Shown: positions 31,710-41,099, counted from the first letter of the stretch. The stretch: DNA of 64,000 nucleotides from an uncultured Bifidobacterium sp. (GCA_964432845.1 CAYSPE010000003.1:7422-71421); one strand, 5' to 3'. The notes: generated by a model from the sequence alone, not told the origin. Numbers and translations: made by a program.

Positions 31710-33377
31710 CTATTGAGCCGAAGTGAAACTCAAGTCGGACAAGACGCCCTTGAAGGGGTTGTTATTACTGCAACTACTGCTTCGACCCACCTCGCGAAGT
31801 AGCAACAACACTTGTCGCGCTGGCTGAGTGACCTTGAAGGAGCCAACACCAGGGTCGGTACCGAATGCGTCGGCCACGCGAAGACCCCACCCCTCGATGG
31901 TGGTCGGTGCTGTTTCGGATTGCGAGACGTAGACCTCTGCATTCCACGGCGCAGTTTTGAAAGTGGTGTTCAGAGTGCCAAGACCCATTCCCGACAACTG
32001 CACCACGATGCCCACTCCACCCTTTGAACCGAAGTATTGATTGCCGTAACAAACGGTGGTCCACTCTGTGGCTGGGTTGTTGTCGGTGAGATACGGAATC
32101 ATTGATTCGTTTTCAACACCATCGTCGCCATTCGGGTCATAACTATGAATTCCCGTAACAGTGACGGGGCCCACCTGCACCTTGTTGATTACAGGAGAAC
32201 CAGTGGAAGATTTTGAATTCTGCAAACCCTTCCACAAGAAGCCAGCCATTACTAGTGACGCAGTGAGCAACAACGCAATAGGGATGTAGTTCTTTTTCGT
32301 CGATGTTCGCTGTCGAGGCGGCAGTGTTTCTTTCGGACGTGCATTGCCACGTGGTGTGGGAGTGCGATCACGATGCGCTGGTGTGTTGTCGCGCTCAACT
32401 GGTTTCAACTGCGTTTTTGGTTTTGGCGTCATGAGTGGATCAATGACGCCACGTGAAGTTGATGAACCCATTGAAGGGGTCACACCACCTACTGGTGTGA
32501 TGGCATCGTGCAGGTTTTCCATCGCTGCCTGTAAAGCATCAGCAACTTCTGCACACGATGCATAACGATTCTCTGGTTTGCGACGAAGCATTCGGTGAAT
32601 GACCGCGAGCACGGTACTAGGAACGTCGGGGCGCAAACCTTGTAGCGGCGTCGGATCGCGTGTGAGTCGAGCAATAGCTGTTGCTTGGTCGTTTTCCCCT
32701 TTAAAAGGCACGTTTCCGGCTAAGCACTCGTACAGCACAAGACCCAACGCGTACATATCAGCGCGGCCATCTAGTGGGCGTCCTTGTACTTGTTCTGGCG
32801 ACAAATACTTTGCAGTTCCCATCATGATTTCAGCGCGCGTGAGATCGGTGTCGTCGGTTTCGCTTGACTTCAACGGCTTCGCGATACCGAAGTCCGTGAG
32901 CAACACATCACCATTCGGCATGATGAGAATGTTGCCTGGCTTGATGTCGCGATGAACAAGATTTTCTGCGTGTGCTTTCGCTAATGCAGCAGCGATGGAT
33001 CGACCGATATGAACAGTGGTGTACACACCGAGTGATCCGGGATTTTCGTGATCACCCCGTTTATCGAGCAGCTCACGCAATGACATTCCATTGATGAAAC
33101 GCATGACAAGAGCAACTTGACCATTCTCTTGAATGGTGTCGTACAACGGAACAATGTTGGGGTGCGTGAGCTTTGCGAGAGCTTTTGCTTCACGACGAAA
33201 ACGTTCTGCAACAACTGGGTCGTTCATGACGCTCTTGCGCAACAACTTGACAGCAACTTCACGACCAAGGGTGAGGTCGGTGGCACGCCATACATCTGCC
33301 ATGCCACCTGATGCAATGGGTGCGGTCAAGCGATAACGGCCACCTATGAGGTCATCGGAGTGTTGCGAAGTAGCCAT
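31710..33377 (-). CDS. Ser/Thr protein kinase with one TM and a discoidin-like extracellular domain
   Basis: 555 aa. Kinase motifs: SGGMADVW (Gly loop), VAVKLL, HRDIKPGNIL, DFG, SPE. It has a Pro/Thr-rich linker, a TM (IPIALLLTASLVMAGFLW), and a C-terminal domain with LTDNNPATEWTT. Confidence 0.9.
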   Translation of the reverse strand: MATSQHSDDLIGGRYRLTAPIASGGMADVWRATDLTLGREVAVKLLRKSVMNDPVVAERFRREAKALAKLTHPNIVPLYDTIQENGQVALVMRFINGMSLRELLDKRGDHENPGSLGVYTTVHIGRSIAAALAKAHAENLVHRDIKPGNILIMPNGDVLLTDFGIAKPLKSSETDDTDLTRAEIMMGTAKYLSPEQVQGRPLDGRADMYALGLVLYECLAGNVPFKGENDQATAIARLTRDPTPLQGLRPDVPSTVLAVIHRMLRRKPENRYASCAEVADALQAAMENLHDAITPVGGVTPSMGSSTSRGVIDPLMTPKPKTQLKPVERDNTPAHRDRTPTPRGNARPKETLPPRQRTSTKKNYIPIALLLTASLVMAGFLWKGLQNSKSSTGSPVINKVQVGPVTVTGIHSYDPNGDDGVENESMIPYLTDNNPATEWTTVCYGNQYFGSKGGVGIVVQLSGMGLGTLNTTFKTAPWNAEVYVSQSETAPTTIEGWGLRVADAFGTDPGVGSFKVTQPARQVLLLLREVGRSSSCSNNNPFKGVLSDLSFTSAQ

Positions 33378-33427
33378 TGCTGGGAGCCAACGCTAGTTGT
33401 GGAAAACCCTCAGAACGGGGAATTCCC

Positions 33428-34267
33428 TTACTGGTTAAGGATGAATGCAACTCCCATGGTGCCTTCGCCAGTGTGCGTGCCGATGACTGCGCCAATATCG
33501 CTGACAACGAAATCGTGCGGGTACACCTCTTTGATCATTGCGACCACGGCTTCAACATCGGAGCATTGCGCATGCAAAAGACCGAGACGTTGAATGTTGC
33601 CAGCGTTTTCCTTCACCTTGTCAACAAGAAAGGCAAGGGCCTTTGAGCGTGTGCGCTGCTTGCCTGCTTCACCAATGAGCCCGTCGGCAACTTGCACAAT
33701 GGGCTTGATTGACAGCGCACTCGCCATGAGCGCTTTGGCTCCACCAATGCGACCACCCTTTTTCAGGTTTTCAATAGTGTCAAGCGCCCCATACACGCGT
33801 ACGCGGGGAGCAATGCTGTTGGCCAGTGCCACAATTTCTTCGGCGGAGGCACCAGCCTTTGCTCGCTCTGCACATTCGAGGACTATGAGACCAAGGCCCA
33901 TGGTGGCATTGCGGCTGTCAACAACACGAACGTCGATCTCGCCTGCAACGGCACGAGCGCCGAGTTCGGAACTTTGCATGGTGGCTGAAAGGTCGGACGA
34001 CAACGCAATGACCACCACGGCACTTGCGCCTTCGGCTTTTAGCGTGCGGTACGCCTGCTCGAATTGGCCAGGAGACGGTGCAGCAGTTTCTGGCAATACG
34101 GGCGACGCCGCCACCTTTGCCCAAAATTCATCAGCGGTGATGGTGGTGCGGTCAATGTATTCCTGGTCGCCAAAGCGGATGCTGAGAGGAACAATGGTGA
34201 TGCCTAAGGCATCGGCCATGCTCTGTGGAAGGTCGCAGGATGAGTCGGTGACAATTCGTACAGTCAT
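33428..34267 (-). CDS. DegV-family fatty-acid-binding protein
   Basis: 279 aa with N-terminus RIVTDSSCDLP, typical of DegV. ATGA overlap with the upstream gene. Confidence 0.9.
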   Translation of the reverse strand: MTVRIVTDSSCDLPQSMADALGITIVPLSIRFGDQEYIDRTTITADEFWAKVAASPVLPETAAPSPGQFEQAYRTLKAEGASAVVVIALSSDLSATMQSSELGARAVAGEIDVRVVDSRNATMGLGLIVLECAERAKAGASAEEIVALANSIAPRVRVYGALDTIENLKKGGRIGGAKALMASALSIKPIVQVADGLIGEAGKQRTRSKALAFLVDKVKENAGNIQRLGLLHAQCSDVEAVVAMIKEVYPHDFVVSDIGAVIGTHTGEGTMGVAFILNQ

Positions 34268-36252
34268 TGAGGGGAAACCGTAGTCTCCGCACCCGCATTG
34301 GCACGGTCTTCAGCGCGTGACTTGCGTGAATGAGACCACCACCAAGCAATCAATACCAACAACAAGGTGATGCTGATGAGCTGACCAAGACCCGCAATGG
34401 CGTTCACTTTGGCGGTGATTGTTTGGTACGGCACCACGTCGACCGAGCCCTCGGGGGTAGAGACCCTGATTCCGATACGGAATTGGCCATTTGTTCGTGT
34501 GGTGGCCGGGATCTTCACTTCTGTTGTGCTGCCAGCTGGCAGGGTGATGGTGCGAACGGGTTCTTCCACGTACAACTTCACGCTGCTGAGGCGGACCACA
34601 ACCGTGAGGTTCACTTTCGAGTCGTTGCGAACCTGAAGGCGAATGGTGCTCTTGCGGCCAGACAAAGTGACCTCACGAGGAGTAGTGACACTGACTGCGC
34701 CTCGCAACTTCGCCAACTGTTGTTGTAACCCTGCGGTGTACTCAGCGGCTGTGGGGGCAATGGTGGAGCCCGCCAAGCCAAGCAGATAATTCAAAGTGTC
34801 GCTGCTGATGTCGTCTTCGGAGAACATTGACAACACAGCGTTCAACTGAACACGCGAGAAAGCCAGCGAGTTACGCAAGGCAACGCCGTTGTTCGGTGAT
34901 TGAGCAGAGAAATGAATGGCCGGAGTCTCGTTGCTGACGGTTTGGGCAATGGTCATGTCGACCATCTTGAACCCGGGCGTAGTGGCCACAGCTTTTGAGA
35001 CGCGCTGCAATGCATCAAAGGAAGAAGTGGATGTGCTGTCGCTCGCGATGACCATTCGAATTGAATCGGGAGAAGTGCCCGATGCCAGAAGATCATCGCG
35101 CTCCATCACGAGCTCTGCAGCGGCACGATATGCACCGGGAATCGTGAGCGAATCATCGGCGAGTTGCAGAGATACTTCTGCATCAACGGAGATGACACTC
35201 ATGAACTGCTGCGTTGAGCCATCGGGGCGAGCAAGAGTGCCGCGAGGTGATTCAAACTTTGCACCGTCTTGACCATTTCGCAACAAGATGAGTCCGGTGA
35301 TACCTGCTTTGTGGAGAAGTGCAAGACCTTTTTCGTCAATCTCGTTGTTGGCTACCCACGTATTGCGAACAATGTTGATACCAGGCAAATATTTGGTGAG
35401 AGTGGATTCACCTAAACGCAATTGCGAAATGAATTCATCACTCAGTCCAGCATCGGCCATCATTGAAACATCGGTAGGTGCGAAAGTGGCAGTAGTAATT
35501 GACCGTGTTCGCAGTTCATCTCGAATTGCGTTGATGAGTTCAATGTCACGTGTATCAACAGATGTAGCCAATGCAGCAATAGTTTCGGGCTGCACGTACA
35601 CGGTTGCGGCACGGGAGTTTTTTTTCAAATACTCAATAAAACGTGATGCTTTTGCACGCAAATCGTCGGAGACCTCAAACTTTCCACTGGGGCTCAGAGA
35701 AGGAATGTGCGAAAGCGAAACAAAGGTGGTTGCTTGCACAGTGGGCTTTTTTGGATCAGAAGTACGACGATTAATAAATGTGAGTACCGAAGCAATCACC
35801 TTGTTGGTTTTGTCATCGGTGATGCTGATAGTGATGGGATACACACCATCAGCATTGATGAGAAGTGACACCTGATTATTGGTCGCCTGCAAAATGGGAA
35901 TACTTGTCACCAAATTGCCGTCACTGTTTTGTGACACACGTGAAAGTCGTAAATACACCGTGTCCGTGACGCTTGATGCCGCATCGCCGTTGGCGATAGA
36001 CACCAATGCTTCACGTGTGGAAAGTCTGCGATGAAGCTGGAACTCAAGTCGATCGTTGCGATCGGACAGCGCACTGTCGGGAGCATGCAAAACAAATTCT
36101 GCATTGTCTGATGGAGTCACGTTGAAGGGTTGTGACACCACCTCAATTGCAGAAATAGCGGAAACCTTCTTTTGAGCCTGTGCTCCGTTCAACGGGAAAC
36201 TCAATGAAGCAAGAAGCACACAAAAACACGCGGCAGACAGACGTTTCATCAT
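34264..36252 (-). CDS. Large secreted, C-terminally membrane-anchored protein (Rv3909-position, DUF6049-like)
   Basis: ORF 34264..36387. The ATG at 36252 overlaps the GNAT stop (ATGA). Signal peptide MMKRLSAACFCVLLASLSFPLNGAQA and C-terminal TM LISITLLLVLIAWWW. The family name is from recollection and was not verified. Confidence 0.7.
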   Translation of the reverse strand: MMKRLSAACFCVLLASLSFPLNGAQAQKKVSAISAIEVVSQPFNVTPSDNAEFVLHAPDSALSDRNDRLEFQLHRRLSTREALVSIANGDAASSVTDTVYLRLSRVSQNSDGNLVTSIPILQATNNQVSLLINADGVYPITISITDDKTNKVIASVLTFINRRTSDPKKPTVQATTFVSLSHIPSLSPSGKFEVSDDLRAKASRFIEYLKKNSRAATVYVQPETIAALATSVDTRDIELINAIRDELRTRSITTATFAPTDVSMMADAGLSDEFISQLRLGESTLTKYLPGINIVRNTWVANNEIDEKGLALLHKAGITGLILLRNGQDGAKFESPRGTLARPDGSTQQFMSVISVDAEVSLQLADDSLTIPGAYRAAAELVMERDDLLASGTSPDSIRMVIASDSTSTSSFDALQRVSKAVATTPGFKMVDMTIAQTVSNETPAIHFSAQSPNNGVALRNSLAFSRVQLNAVLSMFSEDDISSDTLNYLLGLAGSTIAPTAAEYTAGLQQQLAKLRGAVSVTTPREVTLSGRKSTIRLQVRNDSKVNLTVVVRLSSVKLYVEEPVRTITLPAGSTTEVKIPATTRTNGQFRIGIRVSTPEGSVDVVPYQTITAKVNAIAGLGQLISITLLLVLIAWWWSHSRKSRAEDRANAGAETTVSPQ

Positions 36253-37070
36253 GAAAGCTCGCGTTCTAGAACGTGAAGACCATGATCCATTGGAACGAAA
36301 TCGAAACTGCGATACAGCGCAACCGCCGCATTGTTTGAGGTTTCGGTGTTCACAATGGTGACGGAGCACCCCACTTTGTGCGACCACACCAGTGATTGCG
36401 CAACAAGTCGAGATGCGACTCCGGCTCGACGAGCCTCCGGTCGAACAGCAAGTCGTTGGATAAATCCGGTGGTCCCTGTGGCGCCGACCAACACAAACCC
36501 ATCGATTCTTCCGTTTGACTGAGATATGAACAATCGAGAACGAGAGGTCGCACCGAACGCGTCCCTCAGCGCTTCTTCGTCAAGGCACCACTCCTCGCCA
36601 AATGACACGCGATCTACTTCCAATAATTCTTGAAAGTGACGAGTCGAATACTTGTTCCACGGGGGCCGACGAACAGTACGAGGTGCAATATCCCGTGGAA
36701 TATCAAATGTCGGCCGAATGACATGGGTGCACTTGAGCAACACCAATTCTTGAGCGGACACGAAACCAACTTCACGAAGTGCTCGCGCCGGGGCGGGAGC
36801 GAGGGCCGTAGTGCGAACACTGCGGTATCCCCACGATGAGATGGTGTCGAGCCATTCCTGCAAGATGTTGGTCCCTGGCAGTTCCAAGTCGGGGCCGTGA
36901 GACCCTGTAATTAAGAGGAAGGCGCGGTCGGGTGACAGGGGCCAGGGCCGCACCCGAACGCTAGAAGCACCTGACCACACAACACCGGTGCGGGGGGATC
37001 GGGCGGTCAGACTCACCCTAAAGACCGTAGTCTTGCGATGACCACTTTCTCGGTGGTCGCCGATTCTCAT
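36249..37070 (-). CDS. GNAT-family N-acetyltransferase
   Basis: 273 aa. Acetyl-CoA motif IQRLAVRPEARRAGVASRL. Strong GGAGGA lies 3 nt upstream of the ATG at 37070. Confidence 0.7.
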   Translation of the reverse strand: MRIGDHRESGHRKTTVFRVSLTARSPRTGVVWSGASSVRVRPWPLSPDRAFLLITGSHGPDLELPGTNILQEWLDTISSWGYRSVRTTALAPAPARALREVGFVSAQELVLLKCTHVIRPTFDIPRDIAPRTVRRPPWNKYSTRHFQELLEVDRVSFGEEWCLDEEALRDAFGATSRSRLFISQSNGRIDGFVLVGATGTTGFIQRLAVRPEARRAGVASRLVAQSLVWSHKVGCSVTIVNTETSNNAAVALYRSFDFVPMDHGLHVLERELS

Positions 37071-38532
37071 GATTCCTCCGCGCTTTGCCCCGATTTTGGC
37101 CGAAATGGAGCCACTGGCTGCCCGCTTCCGAGCAGCCGGTCATCGGCTGTACCTAGTGGGGGGCACGGTGCGCGACCTGCTCATGGCATCTACTGAGGGT
37201 CCGCTCGACCCATCGGCCATGGACTTTGACGCCACCACCACGGCTCGGCCCGATGAAATCAAGAAGATCGTGGCTGATTTGGCCGATGCCCTCTGGACTC
37301 AGGGCGAGCGATTCGGCACCATTGGGCTGAAAATTGGAGAGCGGGTGTATGAAATCACCACGCACCGTGCCGAGGCATATTCCCCCGATTCACGAAAGCC
37401 CGAAGTGAGCTACGCCGATGACATTCATATGGACTTGTCGCGTCGCGATTTCACCATCAACGCGATGGCTCTTGAACTCACGAGCGACACGCCCACCTTG
37501 GTGGACCCGTTTGGTGGCGCGGCAGACCTCATGACCCGCACCTTGCGCACGCCGTTGTCGGCAGAGGAATCGTTCAGCGACGACCCGTTGCGCATGTTGC
37601 GTGCGGCGCGATTCATTTCACAATTGGAAGTCACCCCAGACCCATCAATCGCCACGGCTGTTACGGCAATGGCTGATCGACTCACCATTGTGTCCGCCGA
37701 GCGAGTTCGCGTTGAGTTCGACAAGTTGATGACAACAAAGCGACCAAGTTTTGGTTTGTGGTTTCTTATTGACACCGGACTTGTTGATCACTTCTTGCCC
37801 GAACTACGTCTCATGCGACTAGAGCAAGATCCCATTCATCGTCATAAAGACGTGCTCACGCACACCATTGCTGTGGTGGAGAACGTGCAAGCAGATTTGC
37901 CCGGCGACTTTGATTTTCGAATAACTCGATTGGCCGCGTTGTACCACGACATTGGCAAACCACGCACTCGCGGATTCAAAGAAGGCAAGGGCGTCACGTT
38001 CCATCATCATGAAGTAGTGGGTGCACGTATGACACGTGAACGCATGAAGCAAATGAAGTATCCCAATGAAGACATTGCAGCAGTGTCAGAACTCGTTGCA
38101 ATTAGTGGTCGTTTCCACACGTACCAAATGGGATGGACAGACAGCGCTGTTCGTCGTTATGTGCGTGATGCTGGTGAATATCTCAATGAACTCAATGTTT
38201 TGGTGCGTTGCGATTGCACCACGCGCAATGAGAAAAAAGCCAAAATTCTTGCTCGTCGCATGGACGAAATGGAAGAACGAATTGCTGAAGTCTCAGCGCG
38301 TGAAGAACTTGCAAGTTTGCGTCCCGAGATTGATGGTCAACGAGTGATGGAATTGTTGCAAGTGCCAGCAGGTCCCGCAGTGGGTGCCGCGATGGAATTC
38401 CTCATGGACATTCGCTTGGAAGAAGGACTGCTCGGCGAAGACGTTGTCGTTGAACGTTTGAAATTGTGGTGGTCAGAAAACTCTGAGAAAGCCTCACAAC
38501 TGAAGCGTTCTCGGCGTTTGAGCCAGATGTGA
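37069..38532 (+). CDS. cca: CCA tRNA nucleotidyltransferase (PcnA-type, with HD domain)
   Basis: 487 aa. Motifs LYLVGGTVRD, RRDFTINAMA, and HD (HRHKDVLTH...YHDIGKP). The start is uncertain (ATG 37069 or 37105). Confidence 0.85.
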   Translation: MIPPRFAPILAEMEPLAARFRAAGHRLYLVGGTVRDLLMASTEGPLDPSAMDFDATTTARPDEIKKIVADLADALWTQGERFGTIGLKIGERVYEITTHRAEAYSPDSRKPEVSYADDIHMDLSRRDFTINAMALELTSDTPTLVDPFGGAADLMTRTLRTPLSAEESFSDDPLRMLRAARFISQLEVTPDPSIATAVTAMADRLTIVSAERVRVEFDKLMTTKRPSFGLWFLIDTGLVDHFLPELRLMRLEQDPIHRHKDVLTHTIAVVENVQADLPGDFDFRITRLAALYHDIGKPRTRGFKEGKGVTFHHHEVVGARMTRERMKQMKYPNEDIAAVSELVAISGRFHTYQMGWTDSAVRRYVRDAGEYLNELNVLVRCDCTTRNEKKAKILARRMDEMEERIAEVSAREELASLRPEIDGQRVMELLQVPAGPAVGAAMEFLMDIRLEEGLLGEDVVVERLKLWWSENSEKASQLKRSRRLSQM

Positions 38533-38533
38533 G

Positions 38534-39154
38534 CTAGTTGCCCAGTTTGCGGGCACGCACTACAAGGGTTGATGGCACCACAGCATTCGGCTGATGCAAC
38601 GGGGTGAGTTCATGCATGACATCGATGGAAAAGTTTGATCGTTGTAATGCCATGGTGAGTTCGCCAACTGTTGGCGTGGTGCTGCCGTAGCGACGACATG
38701 CAGTGCGATCGCCACCTTCGAAGATGGCCGACATTGGGTGAGTGACTGCAAAGACAAATCCGGCCTCTGGCTTTAACACGCGGTGCACTTGGCGAAACAA
38801 ACGTGGGATATCGGTGTCCATATGAATGTGGTGAACGCATAAGGCGATATCGATCACGCCGTTCATCAGGAACCCCAAGTCGGCAAGGTCGCCCTCGTGA
38901 AACTCCACCACTACATCTGCATTGGTGGCGGCCTGGCGAGCACGTTGAATGCCCTCACGAGATGGGTCGATGGCAATGCTGCGCGCACCCTTGGCAGCCA
39001 CAGAAACGCAATTGGGAACCGTGCCAAAGAGTCCTAATTCAAGAACTCGTTTGCCTTTCACGTCGCCACACATGCGCAACTCGTTGTCGTTTTCCACAGC
39101 GGCCCCGAAAGAAATGGAACGGCCATCGGTAACAGTGGATCGCGGGTCTGACAT
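38534..39154 (-). CDS. Class I SAM-dependent methyltransferase
   Basis: 206 aa with motif I VLELGLFG and a typical acidic loop. It is convergent with cca, with 1 nt between the stops. Confidence 0.75.
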   Translation of the reverse strand: MSDPRSTVTDGRSISFGAAVENDNELRMCGDVKGKRVLELGLFGTVPNCVSVAAKGARSIAIDPSREGIQRARQAATNADVVVEFHEGDLADLGFLMNGVIDIALCVHHIHMDTDIPRLFRQVHRVLKPEAGFVFAVTHPMSAIFEGGDRTACRRYGSTTPTVGELTMALQRSNFSIDVMHELTPLHQPNAVVPSTLVVRARKLGN

Positions 39155-39184
39155 GGGCGAATCTTATGGCTATCTTGTGACCTC

Positions 39185-39592
39185 ATGGGTTTCTCGGTGG
39201 ACATGCTGCGCGGTGGCGGCGGTGTTGTCGACCATCAATTGGCTCGCCGTTCTCTCATAAATGAAGTGAAGAAGGGTCGCATCAGCAAGGACTCCGTGTG
39301 TGATGCTCACCCCGAGCTCATTCGTGCTGCCAAGAACATTGGCGAGCCATCAAAAACACTGTGTCCCATTTGTGAAGAGGTCAATGTGGCTCTCGTGACC
39401 TATGTATTTGGTCACGGGTTGCCAAAAAACGGCAAGGTCTTGCTGGATCGTCGCGATGTCGAGAAATTGCAGCGCACTCCATATGACTACGCCGCCTATG
39501 TAGTGGAAGCGTGCCCTAGCTGTCGTTGGCACCACCTATTACGGGTCCTGCCGATTTCGGGTCGCCGGCCCCGCTCACGCGCCGCTCAGTAG
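39185..39592 (+). CDS. DUF5318-like zinc-ribbon protein
   Basis: 135 aa. VCDAHPELIRAA, CPICEE...CPSCRWHH (two CxxC pairs). The family name is from recollection. Confidence 0.65.
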   Translation: MGFSVDMLRGGGGVVDHQLARRSLINEVKKGRISKDSVCDAHPELIRAAKNIGEPSKTLCPICEEVNVALVTYVFGHGLPKNGKVLLDRRDVEKLQRTPYDYAAYVVEACPSCRWHHLLRVLPISGRRPRSRAAQ

Positions 39593-39776
39593 CTCAATTC
39601 CTTGCCCCAAAAGGCGGTACGGGTGCACATGGGGGCCGTGAAAGAAGCAGATATTCGCCCTGGTCACCCTGTGGCATGGGGAAAAGCCGCCGATACGCTT
39701 TCGCCGTTACATATTCACCCTGCTCCGTCAAGGGGCCCCGGGATCGTAAACCGGGTCCGAAGGGAGGTCACACGCA
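39593..39776 (+). promoter_or_regulatory. Long 5' leader/promoter region of the rpsF operon (possible S6:S18 autoregulatory leader)
   Basis: 184-bp non-coding stretch with stem-loops (for example CCGGG-ATCGTAAA-CCGGG at about 39738-39756) ending at the GGGAGG SD. Confidence 0.3.
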
Positions 39777-40103
39777 ATGCGTGCTTACGAACTCATGGTC
39801 ATTATCAGCGGGAAGCTCGAAGAGAGCACAGCCCATGCATGGTTGAAGACCATCACTAACTCAGTAACTGCAGCCGGTGGCAGCGTCCACGGCAACCCTG
39901 ATTGGTGGGGCAAGCGTCGTCTTGCGTACCCCATCCAGAAGCAGGAAGACGGCTACTACGCAATCTTCAACATCGTCGCAGAAGGCGGCGCTATGGATGA
40001 GGTAGAGCGCGGATTCCGCCTCTCCGATGATGTTCTTCGCCACAAGCTCCTTCGTCTCCCCGATGCAGAAGCAGCACGTCGCGGCATGGTTTCGGCGGCC
40101 TAG
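39777..40103 (+). CDS. rpsF: 30S ribosomal protein S6
   Basis: 108 aa starting MRAYELMVII. First gene in the rpsF-ssb-rpsR-rplI order. Confidence 0.95.
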   Translation: MRAYELMVIISGKLEESTAHAWLKTITNSVTAAGGSVHGNPDWWGKRRLAYPIQKQEDGYYAIFNIVAEGGAMDEVERGFRLSDDVLRHKLLRLPDAEAARRGMVSAA

Positions 40104-40166
40104 CCGTCCTATTGAGCCACACGCTCCACGTACTCTCACTTCTGATTCAGGAAGAAGGCACATCTC

Positions 40167-40622
40167 ATGGCAGATAACTCAGTAACTCTCGTCGGGAATC
40201 TCACCCGCGATCCAGAACTTCGCTTCACCACTGGTGGACGCGGCGTTGCATCTTTCGGTTTGGCAGTCAGCCGTCGTTACCAAGTCAACGGCGAATGGCA
40301 AGAGCAAACCTCGTACTTCAACATCGTTGCTTGGGGCCAAATGGGCGAGAACGCAGCATCAACCCTCACCAAGGGCATGCGCGTCATCGTCTCGGGCCGT
40401 CTCGAGCAGCGCGAGTACCAGAACCGCGAAGGCGAAAAGCGCACAGCAATTGAAATCAATGCTGACGAAATCGGACCCAGCCTTCGTTGGGCAACCGCTT
40501 CAGTAGAGCGCACACCTCGCAACGACGGTGGCAACGGCGGCGGAAACTTCAACCGCGGTGGCAACTCTGGCAATACCGGCAACGACTTCGGCGGGTTCCC
40601 GCAAGACGAAGAACCGTTCTGA
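40167..40622 (+). CDS. ssb: Single-stranded DNA-binding protein
   Basis: 151 aa. OB fold (VTLVGNLTRDPELRFT), a Gly/Asn-rich linker, and the acidic tip DEEPF. Confidence 0.95.
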   Translation: MADNSVTLVGNLTRDPELRFTTGGRGVASFGLAVSRRYQVNGEWQEQTSYFNIVAWGQMGENAASTLTKGMRVIVSGRLEQREYQNREGEKRTAIEINADEIGPSLRWATASVERTPRNDGGNGGGNFNRGGNSGNTGNDFGGFPQDEEPF

Positions 40623-40668
40623 TTCGTAATTCCTTCCCTTTCACTCTTCCCTCTATAAGGACCACATC

Positions 40669-41097
40669 ATGACTAGCAAGACGAACAAAATCCGTAACGC
40701 TCGCGAGGCAAATCGCAAGTTCAAGAAGAAGGCCAACCCACTCTTGGCCGAAAAAATCGAATACATCGACTACAAGGACGTGAGCTTGTTGCAGCGTTTC
40801 ATGTCTGACCGCTCAAAGATCCGCGGCCAGCGCATGAGCGGTGCGTCCGTGCAAGACCAGCGCGAACTCGCAACTGCTATCAAGAACGCTCGTGAAATGG
40901 CATTGTTGCCATACACCAAGCGCACCGTGAGCACCCGCGCACCTCGCCCAGGTCGCGACGGACGTGGTGAAGACGAGAGCACTCTTGAAATGCCAGAGCA
41001 GCCCACCAGCTCCACCTTTGGCGCTGAGGATGCAGCAGAAGAAGTCACCGAAGTGGTTACCGCCACTGAGGCAGTCGAAGCCGAAGTGGAGGCCTAA
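40669..41097 (+). CDS. rpsR: 30S ribosomal protein S18 with an acidic C-terminal extension of about 59 aa
   Basis: The core [29 protein letters not shown]...[11 protein letters not shown] ends near residue 83. The remaining 59 aa are E/A/T-rich. Confidence 0.9.
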   Translation: MTSKTNKIRNAREANRKFKKKANPLLAEKIEYIDYKDVSLLQRFMSDRSKIRGQRMSGASVQDQRELATAIKNAREMALLPYTKRTVSTRAPRPGRDGRGEDESTLEMPEQPTSSTFGAEDAAEEVTEVVTATEAVEAEVEA

Positions 41098-41099
41098 TC

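Noticed and set aside
31686-31712. TAG read-through producing a kinase-sigma fusion protein (the two genes share a frame).
   Set aside because: Sharing a frame has a one-in-three chance. No read-through context or precedent is known to me. Independent non-canonical initiation or a sequence error is simpler. It is kept only as a remote alternative in the finding.
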